Shown: in pieces, positions 9,488 through 17,407 of the stretch | Position numbering within the stretch: the first letter of the stretch is position 1 | How the letters are laid out: each line of letters opens with the position of its first letter | Assembly (NCBI RefSeq): GCF_003010495.1 | Contig: NZ_CP027570.1 | Span: forward strand, 1,560,001 to 1,592,000 | Length of the DNA: 32,000 bases | Direction of reading: 5' to 3' | Source of the DNA: Megasphaera elsdenii DSM 20460 | GTDB lineage: Bacteria > Bacillota > Negativicutes > Veillonellales > Megasphaeraceae | Program-made: the position numbers and the translations under genes | The notes under the pieces: generated by a model | What the model saw: only the letters and a program-made list of their open reading frames with translations | Told to the model about the DNA's origin: nothing | Databases searched by the model: none

Positions 9488-10533
9488 TTAATCTGCGCAA
9501 CAAAAAAATAATCGTCACCTTTCTCATGCATTTAGGCGACCTCATCCTCATCACCCCGTTCCTGCAGGTCCTGCGCCGTCATGCCCAGGGCTCGGACATC
9601 ACCCTCGTCGTCGATGAGAAAGTGGCCGACGTCGTCCGCTATAATCCCAATATCGATCACTTAGTCACAGTCGATAAGAAGGGCAAGGACAACTCCGTCC
9701 GGGCCTTATGGCGCATCGGGCGGCATTTACATCAGCATCACTACGACATCCTCATCAATCTGCATCCTAATGAACGGACGTCTTTCCTGGCGGCGGTCAT
9801 CCATGCCAAACAGTTCGTCGGCATGAGCCATTTCCTGGTGCGTCCCTTGATGGACCGCTACACCCGCCTGGACCGTATCCATCTCCATGCAGCCGATATG
9901 TACATTAATGTCCTGGCCCAGCTGGGCATCGACGACTATCGCAGCGACGGCCTGCAGTTCTTCACCTGCAAGGCCTGGGATGATACAGCAACGGAATTTT
10001 ACCGGTCCCAGGGGGTCCATAACAGCGACGCCCTCATCGGCTTCAATATCGGCAGTGCCGTCCCGCAGAAACGCTGGCCGGCCAAACGATTTGCCGCTGT
10101 TGCCGATTATTTTGCCCATCGCGGCTTCAAATGCGTCTTCTTTGGCGGTCCCATGGATGAAGATATGGTCAAAGAAGCGACATCCCAGATGGAATCGGAT
10201 CCTATCATCGCCACGGGGAAATTCACTATTGGCGAACTGGCTTCGGCTATCCGCTGCTGCTCCCTGTTCATCACCAACGACAGCGGCCCTATGCACGTCG
10301 CCGTCAGCCAGGGCGTCCCGCTGGTCGCCCTGTATGGTCCCAGCAATCCCAAGCTCTACGGTCCCTATACGGACCGGGCCATCGTCCTGGAATCGACGAA
10401 CCATTACGAAGTGGGTAAGAGCATGAAACAGATCATCCGTGAAGGTAATTATAAAGGTATTTCGGTTATTCCCATGAGCCAGGTCATCGCCGCCGGCGAA
10501 GAACTCCTGAGCCGTTATTATGGAAAAAGATAA
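9484..10533 (+). CDS. ADP-heptose:LPS heptosyltransferase (GT9), WaaF-like
   Basis: FLMHLGDLILITP at the N-terminus; TNDSGPMHVAVSQGVPLVALYGPSNP resembles the WaaF/RfaF C-terminal motif. ATGA overlap with the preceding GT9 gene. Confidence 0.8.
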   Translation: MINLRNKKIIVTFLMHLGDLILITPFLQVLRRHAQGSDITLVVDEKVADVVRYNPNIDHLVTVDKKGKDNSVRALWRIGRHLHQHHYDILINLHPNERTSFLAAVIHAKQFVGMSHFLVRPLMDRYTRLDRIHLHAADMYINVLAQLGIDDYRSDGLQFFTCKAWDDTATEFYRSQGVHNSDALIGFNIGSAVPQKRWPAKRFAAVADYFAHRGFKCVFFGGPMDEDMVKEATSQMESDPIIATGKFTIGELASAIRCCSLFITNDSGPMHVAVSQGVPLVALYGPSNPKLYGPYTDRAIVLESTNHYEVGKSMKQIIREGNYKGISVIPMSQVIAAGEELLSRYYGKR

Positions 10534-10560
10534 CCTATAATTCTATGGAGGTGGAAGGTT

Positions 10561-11139
10561 ATGAAAAAACTTATTATTGCAGCGACCCTGGCCGCCCTGA
10601 CCGTGACTTCGGCGGCTATGGCAGCCCCGCTCCGGAATCCCCAGCCGGGCGACTTGAAGGCTAACGCCAACTATGGCTTTGACCAGAAAGAAGGCGGCCG
10701 CAGTGCCAAGAGCCGTCTGACCGGTGGCGACGTCACGTATGTACTGAACAATCATTGGGATATCCAGTACGTCAACAACTATACCAAAGGGGACAATGAC
10801 AACAAGATCAACGAAAACTACCTCGTCGGCAATTACCGCTTTACGCCGTATCTGTCGGCCTATGCCGGCGGGTCCTACGTCAAGACCGAAACGTATAACA
10901 CGACCAAGTCCTATGGCTACCAGGTAGGCCTCAAAGGCCAGCTTCCTTTGGCAGAACGCTGGCAGGGCTTTGCCTCTGTCGGCGTCGGCGATGACGTCAA
11001 CACCTATGAAGTCGGCGTCGGCTACGATATCACGCCGAATTGGGATGCCCATATCAAATACCGCAGCAGCAGCGTCGACGTCGATAACTACGACGACGAT
11101 GTCAAAGGCTGGCAAGTCGGCATGGGCTATAAGTTCTGA
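10561..11139 (+). CDS. Small outer-membrane beta-barrel protein (OmpX/OmpW-size, probably 8 strands)
   Basis: Signal peptide MKKLIIAATLAALTVTSAAMA/AP, alternating aromatic/hydrophilic strands, and a C-terminal ...WQVGMGYKF ending in Phe (the typical BAM-recognised terminus). RBS GGAGGTGGAAGG. Confidence 0.75.
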   Translation: MKKLIIAATLAALTVTSAAMAAPLRNPQPGDLKANANYGFDQKEGGRSAKSRLTGGDVTYVLNNHWDIQYVNNYTKGDNDNKINENYLVGNYRFTPYLSAYAGGSYVKTETYNTTKSYGYQVGLKGQLPLAERWQGFASVGVGDDVNTYEVGVGYDITPNWDAHIKYRSSSVDVDNYDDDVKGWQVGMGYKF

Positions 11140-11141
11140 TA

Positions 11142-11171
11142 TTGACAATGGACGGTTCCGTCCCGTATAAT
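11142..11171 (+). promoter_or_regulatory. Sigma-70-type promoter of the orphan RNA (TTGACA-18-TATAAT)
   Basis: TTGACA at 11142-11147 and TATAAT at 11166-11171. The spacer contains the perfect palindrome GGACGG-TT-CCGTCC (11151-11164). Confidence 0.7.
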
Positions 11172-11177
11172 GTACCA

Positions 11178-11435
11178 ATGACATGTGCTGTGGTTGAAAG
11201 TCGATGTCAGTCGCAGACCAAGCGATCCACGTAAGGCATCCAAAGCGATGCTGATCATAGTGCGGCCTAGAAGTAAGACCTGCCGCGTAAAAAACGCGAG
11301 AGGGCTAGTAGTGGGGGACAAGACGTCTATGAGCGAACGTCCCAGCAGGCGAGTGTGGGGGTAAAGACCAGGTCAGGCATGTCGGATAAAGGGTTGTCCT
11401 ATGGAGGTTTCGGCCTTCATGCGGCAGCCCTTTTT
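11178..11435 (+). ncRNA. Unclassified structured RNA of about 250 nt with its own promoter and terminator
   Basis: The predicted TSS lies about 7 nt after the -10 box. There is no RBS-led ORF. A long-range closing helix is possible (11180-11194 with 11368-11383). Local hairpins include GCAUC/GAUGC, GCGGC/GCCGC, CGCGU-A5-ACGCG and GGGAC/GUCCC. It ends in a long hairpin plus T5. The next gene has its own promoter. Confidence 0.6.
11391..11435 (+). terminator. Rho-independent terminator (long hairpin with UUCG-type loop, then T5)
   Basis: GGGTTGTCCTATGGAGG-TTTCGG-CCTTCATGCGGCAGCCC pairs over about 17 positions including G-T pairs, followed by TTTTT (11431-11435). An A-tract upstream makes it potentially bidirectional. 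Confidence 0.75.
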
Positions 11436-11440
11436 GCATA

Positions 11441-11530
11441 TCGTTTGTCATGGTTCGTTCATCGTTTGTAGTGGGGGTTCAATTTTTTAGCCATCTTCGA
11501 TGAACGACGAACGGCAAACGAACCACGAAA
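11441..11530 (-). repeat. Heptad-arm palindromic element, copy D (core matches the other copies best in reverse orientation)
   Basis: + strand left arm: CGTTTGT CATGGTT CGTTCAT CGTTTGT AGTGGGG. Core: GGTTCAATTTTTTAGCC. Right arm: GATGAAC GACGAAC GGCAAAC GAACCAC. The reverse complement of the core region, GAAGATGGCTAAAAAATTGAACCCCC, shares GATGGCT and ACCCC with copy B. Confidence 0.6.
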
Positions 11531-11534
11531 TTGT

Positions 11535-11563
11535 TTGACGGATGATTGTTCGTATAGTAAAAT
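11535..11563 (+). promoter_or_regulatory. Putative promoter of the thioesterase/ACAD operon (TTGACG-17-TAAAAT)
   Basis: TTGACG at 11535-11540 and TAAAAT at 11558-11563, about 40 nt upstream of the 11605 start. Confidence 0.5.
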
Positions 11564-11604
11564 GTAAGGGTATTTATGTTATTGGCCAAGGAGTGGAGTT
11601 ATCG

Positions 11605-12039
11605 ATGGATAATAAACAATGGGAAGAAGAAATCCATAAAAATCCATTTGACTTGTTCATGGATTTCCATGTGGAAAAGGCTAAAACAGAGAGTACGGTC
11701 CTTACATTTGAGAATAAAGGCTCGAAATGGGACAATCCCAATGGCACCATGTACGGCGGCGTCCTCTATTCCATGGCCGATTCGGCGATGGAAGCTGCCT
11801 GCGCAGTCTGTGGCAAAGCCGTCCTCACGCTGGACTTGGGCATGAACTACCTCCGCCCGGCTTTTGCCAACACGACGATCCGGGCTGAAGCCCAGGTCAT
11901 CCACAACGGCCGCACGACCATGGTAGCTCTCTGTGATTTTTATGATAATGATGACCGCTATTTGGCTCATGGCAAGGGGACGTTCTTTGTAACCGGCCCT
12001 TATGTGTTTGGCGATGAAGGAGGACAGGGCGATGAATGA
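11605..12039 (+). CDS. PaaI-type hotdog-fold thioesterase
   Basis: GTMYGGVLYSMADSAMEAA-type motif and about 144 aa. RBS GGAGTGGAG lies before ATG 11605. The track ORF start at 11542 has no RBS. Confidence 0.7.
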   Translation: MDNKQWEEEIHKNPFDLFMDFHVEKAKTESTVLTFENKGSKWDNPNGTMYGGVLYSMADSAMEAACAVCGKAVLTLDLGMNYLRPAFANTTIRAEAQVIHNGRTTMVALCDFYDNDDRYLAHGKGTFFVTGPYVFGDEGGQGDE

Positions 12040-12475
12040 ACCAGAAAAAACGGTCAGTCCTGAAGCAGCTGCACGGCTGCAGCGGATGTTTGAGAATATT
12101 TATTCCCAGACCCCTTATTTCCAGAGTATGCCCTGTACGGTAGAAAAACTCGACGTCGGCCGCGTCCGCGTCGGCTTTGATATCAGCCGTCACTCCTGCA
12201 ATTACCGGGGCATTGCCTCCGGCGGCGTCCTGGCGGCGTTCTGCGATACCCTCATGGGCATGGCCAGCCGGACCCTGGGCTTCCAGGTGACGACGCTGGA
12301 AATCAATATGAACTATATCCGCAGCGTCAAAGGCGGTGAGCACATTACCGGCATCGGCCAGGTCATCCACCACGGCCGGAAGACGATTGTCGTCGAATGT
12401 GAGTGCTACGATGCCAGCGGGAATATTATTGTAAAAGGGCGGTCGTCTTTTTATATTTTGAAGAAACTCGATTAA
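12032..12475 (+). CDS. PaaI-type hotdog-fold thioesterase (paralogue)
   Basis: GIASGGVLAAFCDTLMGMA motif. GAAGGAGGA lies 6 nt before ATG 12032. It overlaps the preceding stop by 8 nt. Confidence 0.7.
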   Translation: MNEPEKTVSPEAAARLQRMFENIYSQTPYFQSMPCTVEKLDVGRVRVGFDISRHSCNYRGIASGGVLAAFCDTLMGMASRTLGFQVTTLEINMNYIRSVKGGEHITGIGQVIHHGRKTIVVECECYDASGNIIVKGRSSFYILKKLD

Positions 12476-12517
12476 TAAAATAGTCATGTAATTATAGGGA
12501 AGGTTGGTTAGTACAAG

Positions 12518-13657
12518 ATGGATTTTGCTTATAACGACGAACAGAAAGAAATCATCAAAGTCGTCCGCGACCTGGTGGAAAAAGAAATCGTCCCCTACGC
12601 TGCAGAAATGGATGAAACGGGGAAACTCCATGAAGGGCTCCTCGAAAAATTGGCTGCTCAGGGCCTGCTGGGCGTCGCTATTCCCGAAGAATTTGGCGGA
12701 GCTGGTCTCGACGCCATTACCATTGCCGCTATTTATGAAGAATTAGGCAAAGGCTGTGCCGGTGTCGCTACGACGGTGGCTGCCAATGCCCTGGCTTCGT
12801 ATCCGGTCATCATTGCTGGTAACGATGACCAGAAGAAACGTTATTTCGATATCATCAACGATGACAACCTGGCTGCTTTCGCCCTGACCGAACCGGGGAC
12901 TGGTTCCGATGCCGGTTCCGTTTCGACGCGTGCCATGAAGACCGAAGATGGCAAGGGCTATATTCTCAATGGCACGAAATGCTTCATCACCAACGGTGCC
13001 TTGGCCGAAGTCTTCGTCGTCTTCGCCAATACCCGTAAGAGCGGCGGTATCCGCGGATTGACAGCCTTCATCGTCCGCAAAGGGACGCCGGGCTTCACTG
13101 TCGGTAAAGCCGAAAACAAAATGGGTATCCGCGCATCGAATACGACGGAGCTCATTTTCCAGGATTGCTTCGTCCCTGTCGAAAACCGTCTCGGCCGGGA
13201 AGGCCATGGCTTCCGCATCGCCATGGATACCCTGGACGCTGCCCGTCCTTTCGTCGGCGCCGTTTCCGTCGGCATTGCCGAAGCGGCTTTCCGCGCCTGC
13301 TGTGAATACGCCAAAGTCCGCGTCCAGTTCGGCAAACCCATCGCTTCCTTTGAAATGGTCCAGGCTATGATCGCCGATATGGCTATGAAAGTCGAAGGCG
13401 CCCGCCTCCTCGTCCATCGCGCCTGCTGGATGAAGGACCAGGGCATGGACTTCAGCCGTGAAGCGGCTATTGCTAAATGCAATGCGTCCGACGTGGCTAT
13501 GCAGGTCACGACCGATGCAGTCCAGGTCATGGGCGGCTATGGCTATATCAAGGAATATCCTGTCGAAAAATATATGCGCGACGCCAAAATCATGCAGATT
13601 TATGAAGGCACCAACCAAATTCAGCGTTTGGTTATTGCAAATAAGACACTTTACTGA
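12518..13657 (+). CDS. Acyl-CoA dehydrogenase (short/medium-chain type)
   Basis: 379 aa with AFALTEPGTGSDAGS, the FAD/substrate regions, and the C-terminal catalytic-Glu motif YEGTNQIQRLVIA. Confidence 0.9.
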   Translation: MDFAYNDEQKEIIKVVRDLVEKEIVPYAAEMDETGKLHEGLLEKLAAQGLLGVAIPEEFGGAGLDAITIAAIYEELGKGCAGVATTVAANALASYPVIIAGNDDQKKRYFDIINDDNLAAFALTEPGTGSDAGSVSTRAMKTEDGKGYILNGTKCFITNGALAEVFVVFANTRKSGGIRGLTAFIVRKGTPGFTVGKAENKMGIRASNTTELIFQDCFVPVENRLGREGHGFRIAMDTLDAARPFVGAVSVGIAEAAFRACCEYAKVRVQFGKPIASFEMVQAMIADMAMKVEGARLLVHRACWMKDQGMDFSREAAIAKCNASDVAMQVTTDAVQVMGGYGYIKEYPVEKYMRDAKIMQIYEGTNQIQRLVIANKTLY

Positions 13658-13663
13658 TACAAT
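13635..13663 (+). promoter_or_regulatory. Promoter of the pheST leader (TTGCAA-17-TACAAT)
   Basis: TTGCAA at 13635-13640 lies inside the ACAD 3' end. TACAAT at 13658-13663 lies just after the ACAD stop. Confidence 0.6.
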
Positions 13664-13669
13664 AGATAA

Positions 13670-13909
13670 CAAACCCATAGAGGTATATTATGGCAATGAT
13701 AAAGAGGGGATGGAACTGACTCCGCCTACAGGAAATCCGGGCCATGGATTGAGAGCCCGGTGCCGGAAGTTCCATGCGTTCACTTTAGAGCCTCCTGTTG
13801 AACGGAGTAGGCAGGACGGGGGTTCCCGTTACAGGACAATCGAGAATCAAGTAGGGTGGTACCGCGAATCAGACTTTCGCCCCTTTAGGGGCGGGAGTCT
13901 ATTTTTTTT
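13670..13909 (+). promoter_or_regulatory. T-box riboswitch leader, Phe-specific
   Basis: Stem I helix 13710-13717/13768-13775. The specifier-type internal loop carries UUC (13779-13781) followed by A. T-box sequence AGTAGGGTGGTACCGCG at 13851-13866. Terminator AGACTTTCGCCCC-TTTA-GGGGCGGGAGTCT plus T8 at 13871-13909. It lies directly upstream of pheS. Confidence 0.9.
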
Positions 13910-13936
13910 GTACTCGCCAGTAGGAGGAAGAAAAAT

Positions 13937-14962
13937 ATGATCAGTGATAAGATCGAGGCCATTAAAGCGGCCGTCAATGAACAGCTCGCCAAGAGCGAAC
14001 ATCTTCAGGACGTACAAGATATCCGCGTCAAGTTCCTGGGCAAAAAAGGGGAACTGACAGCGATCATGAAGGAAATGAAGAATTTTTCCAAAGAAGAACG
14101 ACCGAAAATCGGGCAGCTCGTCAATACGGCCCGCAATGCCATTGAAGAACAGTTAAAGGCCAAGATGGAAGAAGTCAAGGCCCAGGAACTGGCTGCCAAG
14201 ATCGAATCGGAAAAAATCGACATTACCCTGCCGGGCCGCAAACCGGTCATGGGCCATGAACATCCGCTCCATCAGACGCTGCGCCTCATGGAAGATTCCT
14301 TCCTGCGCATGGGCTTTTCCATCGTCGAAGGTAACGATATCGAATCGGACTATTACAACTTCCAGTGCCTGAACCTGCCGGAAGACCATCCGGCCCGGGA
14401 TATGCAGGACTCCATGTATATTACGGATAATATCCTCTTGCGGACCCACACGTCGGGCATGCAGGCACGGACGCTGCAGGCCCATAAGCCCAATGAACCG
14501 TTCAAGATCATCGCGCCGGGCAAGGTATATCGCTGTGACTATGATGCGACCCATTCGCCGGTCTTCCATCAGATGGAAGGCATGATCATCGACAAGGACA
14601 TCCGCTTCTCTGACCTCAAAGGGATGCTGGAAGACTTCCTCCGCGATATTTTCGGTGCCCAGACGAAAGTCCGTTTCCGCGCCAGCTACTTCCCCTTTAC
14701 GGAACCGAGTGCTGAAGTCGATATTTCTTGTGTCATGTGCGGCGGCAAAGGCTGCCGGGTCTGCTCCCACACGGGCTGGCTGGAAATCCTCGGCTGCGGC
14801 ATGGTCAACCCCAGCGTCCTGCGCATGAACGGCTATGACCCGGATGTCGTCACGGGCTTTGCTTTTGGCATGGGCGTCGAACGCATTGCCATGCTGAAAT
14901 ACGGCATCGATGATTTGCGCTTGTTCTATGAAAACGATATGCGGTTCTTGAACCAGTTCTAG
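13937..14962 (+). CDS. pheS: Phenylalanine--tRNA ligase alpha subunit
   Basis: Class II aaRS motifs [16 protein letters not shown] and [30 protein letters not shown]. Confidence 0.95.
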   Translation: MISDKIEAIKAAVNEQLAKSEHLQDVQDIRVKFLGKKGELTAIMKEMKNFSKEERPKIGQLVNTARNAIEEQLKAKMEEVKAQELAAKIESEKIDITLPGRKPVMGHEHPLHQTLRLMEDSFLRMGFSIVEGNDIESDYYNFQCLNLPEDHPARDMQDSMYITDNILLRTHTSGMQARTLQAHKPNEPFKIIAPGKVYRCDYDATHSPVFHQMEGMIIDKDIRFSDLKGMLEDFLRDIFGAQTKVRFRASYFPFTEPSAEVDISCVMCGGKGCRVCSHTGWLEILGCGMVNPSVLRMNGYDPDVVTGFAFGMGVERIAMLKYGIDDLRLFYENDMRFLNQF

Positions 14963-14975
14963 GAGGGTATGAATA

Positions 14976-17402
14976 ATGAAAAGTTCTTTAACATGGATGC
15001 AGGATTATGTCGACGTCGACATGAACCAGGACATGCAGGCATTTGCCGATAAACTGACCATTGCCGGTATCCCTGTCGAACAGGTGGAATACTGGGGTAC
15101 AGAAGTCAAGAAAGTAAAGACCGGGAAGATCCTTCAGATCGATAAACATCCCGATGCCGATAAACTCGTCGTCTGCCAGGTAGACATGGGCGACGAACAA
15201 CTCCAGATCGTCACGGCTGCGACCAACGTCCGCGTCGGCCAGGTCGTCCCCGTCGCTGTCCACGGCGCTCATCTGCCGGGCGGCACGAAAATCAAGCGCT
15301 CGAAGCTGCGCGGTGTCTTGTCCAACGGCATGTTCTGCTCGGCTCACGAATTTGGCTTCGATGACAGCCTGCTCCTGCCGGAAGAACGAGAAGGCATCTG
15401 GATCCTGCCGCCGGATACGCCGCTCGGCGTCGACGCTGCCGACTATCTCCAGGTCCGCGACGTCGTCTATGAATATGAATTGACAGCGAACCGGGCAGAC
15501 TGCTTCTCCATGGTCGGCTTGTCCCGTGAATTTGCCGTCCTCAGCGGTAAAGAAGCCCGCTATCCGGAAATTTCCGTCAAGGAATGTGATACGCCTATCG
15601 ACGGAAAAGTCAAAGTTTCCATCGACGATGACGAACTGTGCAGCCGCTATACGGCCCGCCTGCTCCTGAATGTCAAGATTGGCAAGTCGCCTATGTGGAT
15701 GCAGCAGCGCCTGCGCAAGTCCGGCGTCCGTCCCATCAACAACGTCGTCGATGCCACGAACTACACGATGATCGAATTGGGCATCCCTCTCCATGCTTAT
15801 GACTACGATAAAGTCGCCGGCCATCATCTCATTGCCCGCCGGGCCCAGGCTGACGAAGCCATGAAGACTTTGGATGATGTAGACCGCAAATTGACGGACA
15901 ACATGCTGGTCATTGCCGATGAAGAAAAAGCCTGCTGCATCGCCGGCATCATGGGCGGCATGGATTCGGAAGTCACGGACCAGACGACGACGGTCATCCT
16001 CGAATGTGCATCCTTCAAGGGCTCCAATATCCGTCATACCGGCCGTATGCTCGGCCTGCGCTCGGAAGCTTCGGGCCGTTTTGAACGAGGCCTCGATTCG
16101 GACAGCTGCATCAACTCCATCGACCGCTGCGCCCAGCTCCTTCAGGAAATGGGGGCCTGCGACGTAGCCAAAGGCGTCGTCGATGTCTATCCGAAACCGC
16201 AAGCTACGACGCGCATTGCCTTTACGGCAGCTCAGGTCAACAAGTTCCTGGGCACAGAAATCACGGAAGCCGACATGGTCCACATCCTGGAAACCTTGCA
16301 GTTCGGCATCGAAAAAGACGGCAATACGTTAACTGCTGTCGTCCCCAGCTATCGCGGCGACTGCACGGAAATGCCGGATATCGCCGAAGAAGTAGCCCGC
16401 GTCTACGGCTACGAAAATATCCCGTCTACGCGCCCGGCAGCGCCTATCTCCAAAGGGGAAGCCGGCTTCCATCACGATGTAGGCGAAAAGATTTCGTCCA
16501 TCCTCAGCAGCAGCGGCCTCAACGAAACGGTCACCTTCAGCTTCATGCATCCGGACCAGCTGAAGAAGCTCCTCTTCAAAGATGGTGACGCCGTATACAA
16601 TGCCGTACCGATCCTCAACCCGATTACGGAAGACTTCCCGCTCATGCGGACGACGCTCATCCCGACGCTGATGGATGTCCTGGTCCGCAACCAGGCCGTC
16701 AAGAATCCGTCTGTCGGCATCTATGAAATCGCCCCGGTCTATCGCCCGAAACAGCTGCCCTTGACGGAACTGCCGGAACAGGAATTCTATGTCACTGGCC
16801 TTCTCTATGGACAGCGCACCGCTGCTGAATGGCCGGAAAAAGCGGAAAATTACGACTTCTATGACGTCAAGGGCCTCGTCGAAGCCGTCCTCCAGGGACT
16901 GGGCATCCAGGCCGACTTGGAAGTCTCCGACTGGGCACCGCTCCATCCGGGGAAGGCTGCCCGCTATGTCAAAGACGGCAAAGTCCTTTGTGACTTCGGC
17001 GAACTCCATCCCAAAGCCGTCGACAATTACGACGTTGCCGGCCCGGTCTACGTCTTTGAAATGCACATGGATGCCATCCTGCCTTTGGTCAACCTCCTGC
17101 CGGATTATCACAAAGTCGCCAAGTTCCCGGCATCGAGCCGCGATCTGGCCTTCCTGGCACCGCTGGCTACGACCAATGCCGACATCGTCGATGTCATCAA
17201 AGAAGACGGCGGCGAAAATCTGGAAGCAGTCCATCTCTTCGACATGTATACGGGCAAACAGGTACCGCAGGGCTACAAGAGCCTGGCTTATTCCTTAGTC
17301 TTCCGTTCCGAAGAAGGGACCCTGACCGATGCCGACATCCAGGCCCCGGTCGACGCCATCGTCAAAGACCTGAAAGAAAAATTCGGCTGCGAATTGCGGT
17401 AG
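14976..17402 (+). CDS. pheT: Phenylalanine--tRNA ligase beta subunit
   Basis: 808 aa with an N-terminal tRNA-binding OB domain (KHPDADKLVVCQVD), B3/4 and B5 regions, and a C-terminal FDX-ACB-like domain. RBS AGGAGGG. It follows pheS. Confidence 0.95.
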   Translation: MKSSLTWMQDYVDVDMNQDMQAFADKLTIAGIPVEQVEYWGTEVKKVKTGKILQIDKHPDADKLVVCQVDMGDEQLQIVTAATNVRVGQVVPVAVHGAHLPGGTKIKRSKLRGVLSNGMFCSAHEFGFDDSLLLPEEREGIWILPPDTPLGVDAADYLQVRDVVYEYELTANRADCFSMVGLSREFAVLSGKEARYPEISVKECDTPIDGKVKVSIDDDELCSRYTARLLLNVKIGKSPMWMQQRLRKSGVRPINNVVDATNYTMIELGIPLHAYDYDKVAGHHLIARRAQADEAMKTLDDVDRKLTDNMLVIADEEKACCIAGIMGGMDSEVTDQTTTVILECASFKGSNIRHTGRMLGLRSEASGRFERGLDSDSCINSIDRCAQLLQEMGACDVAKGVVDVYPKPQATTRIAFTAAQVNKFLGTEITEADMVHILETLQFGIEKDGNTLTAVVPSYRGDCTEMPDIAEEVARVYGYENIPSTRPAAPISKGEAGFHHDVGEKISSILSSSGLNETVTFSFMHPDQLKKLLFKDGDAVYNAVPILNPITEDFPLMRTTLIPTLMDVLVRNQAVKNPSVGIYEIAPVYRPKQLPLTELPEQEFYVTGLLYGQRTAAEWPEKAENYDFYDVKGLVEAVLQGLGIQADLEVSDWAPLHPGKAARYVKDGKVLCDFGELHPKAVDNYDVAGPVYVFEMHMDAILPLVNLLPDYHKVAKFPASSRDLAFLAPLATTNADIVDVIKEDGGENLEAVHLFDMYTGKQVPQGYKSLAYSLVFRSEEGTLTDADIQAPVDAIVKDLKEKFGCELR

Positions 17403-17407
17403 AATTT

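Noticed and set aside
11127-11321. 64-aa minus-strand ORF across the OMP gene end and the orphan RNA.
   Set aside because: It has no RBS, it is antisense to a promoter-plus-structured-RNA region, and its sequence is unremarkable.
11178-11435. The orphan RNA as SRP (4.5S/scRNA) RNA, because ACCAGGTCAGG (11367-11377) matches the start of the conserved SRP helix-8 segment as I remember it.
   Set aside because: The match stops there. The expected continuation (UCC-GGAA tetraloop, then GGAAGCAGC) is absent, and no equivalent apical hairpin can be drawn. tmRNA (no GGGG...UCCACCA ends or tag ORF), RNase P (no GAGGAAAGUCC) and the c-di-AMP/ydaO riboswitch (GGGGGAC here simply pairs with GUCCC) were rejected in the same way.
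13458-13940. 160-aa + strand ORF spanning the ACAD 3' end, the T-box leader and the pheS start.
   Set aside because: It runs out of frame through the ACAD gene and through the T-box and terminator structure. It has no RBS, and the leader RNA explains the region.
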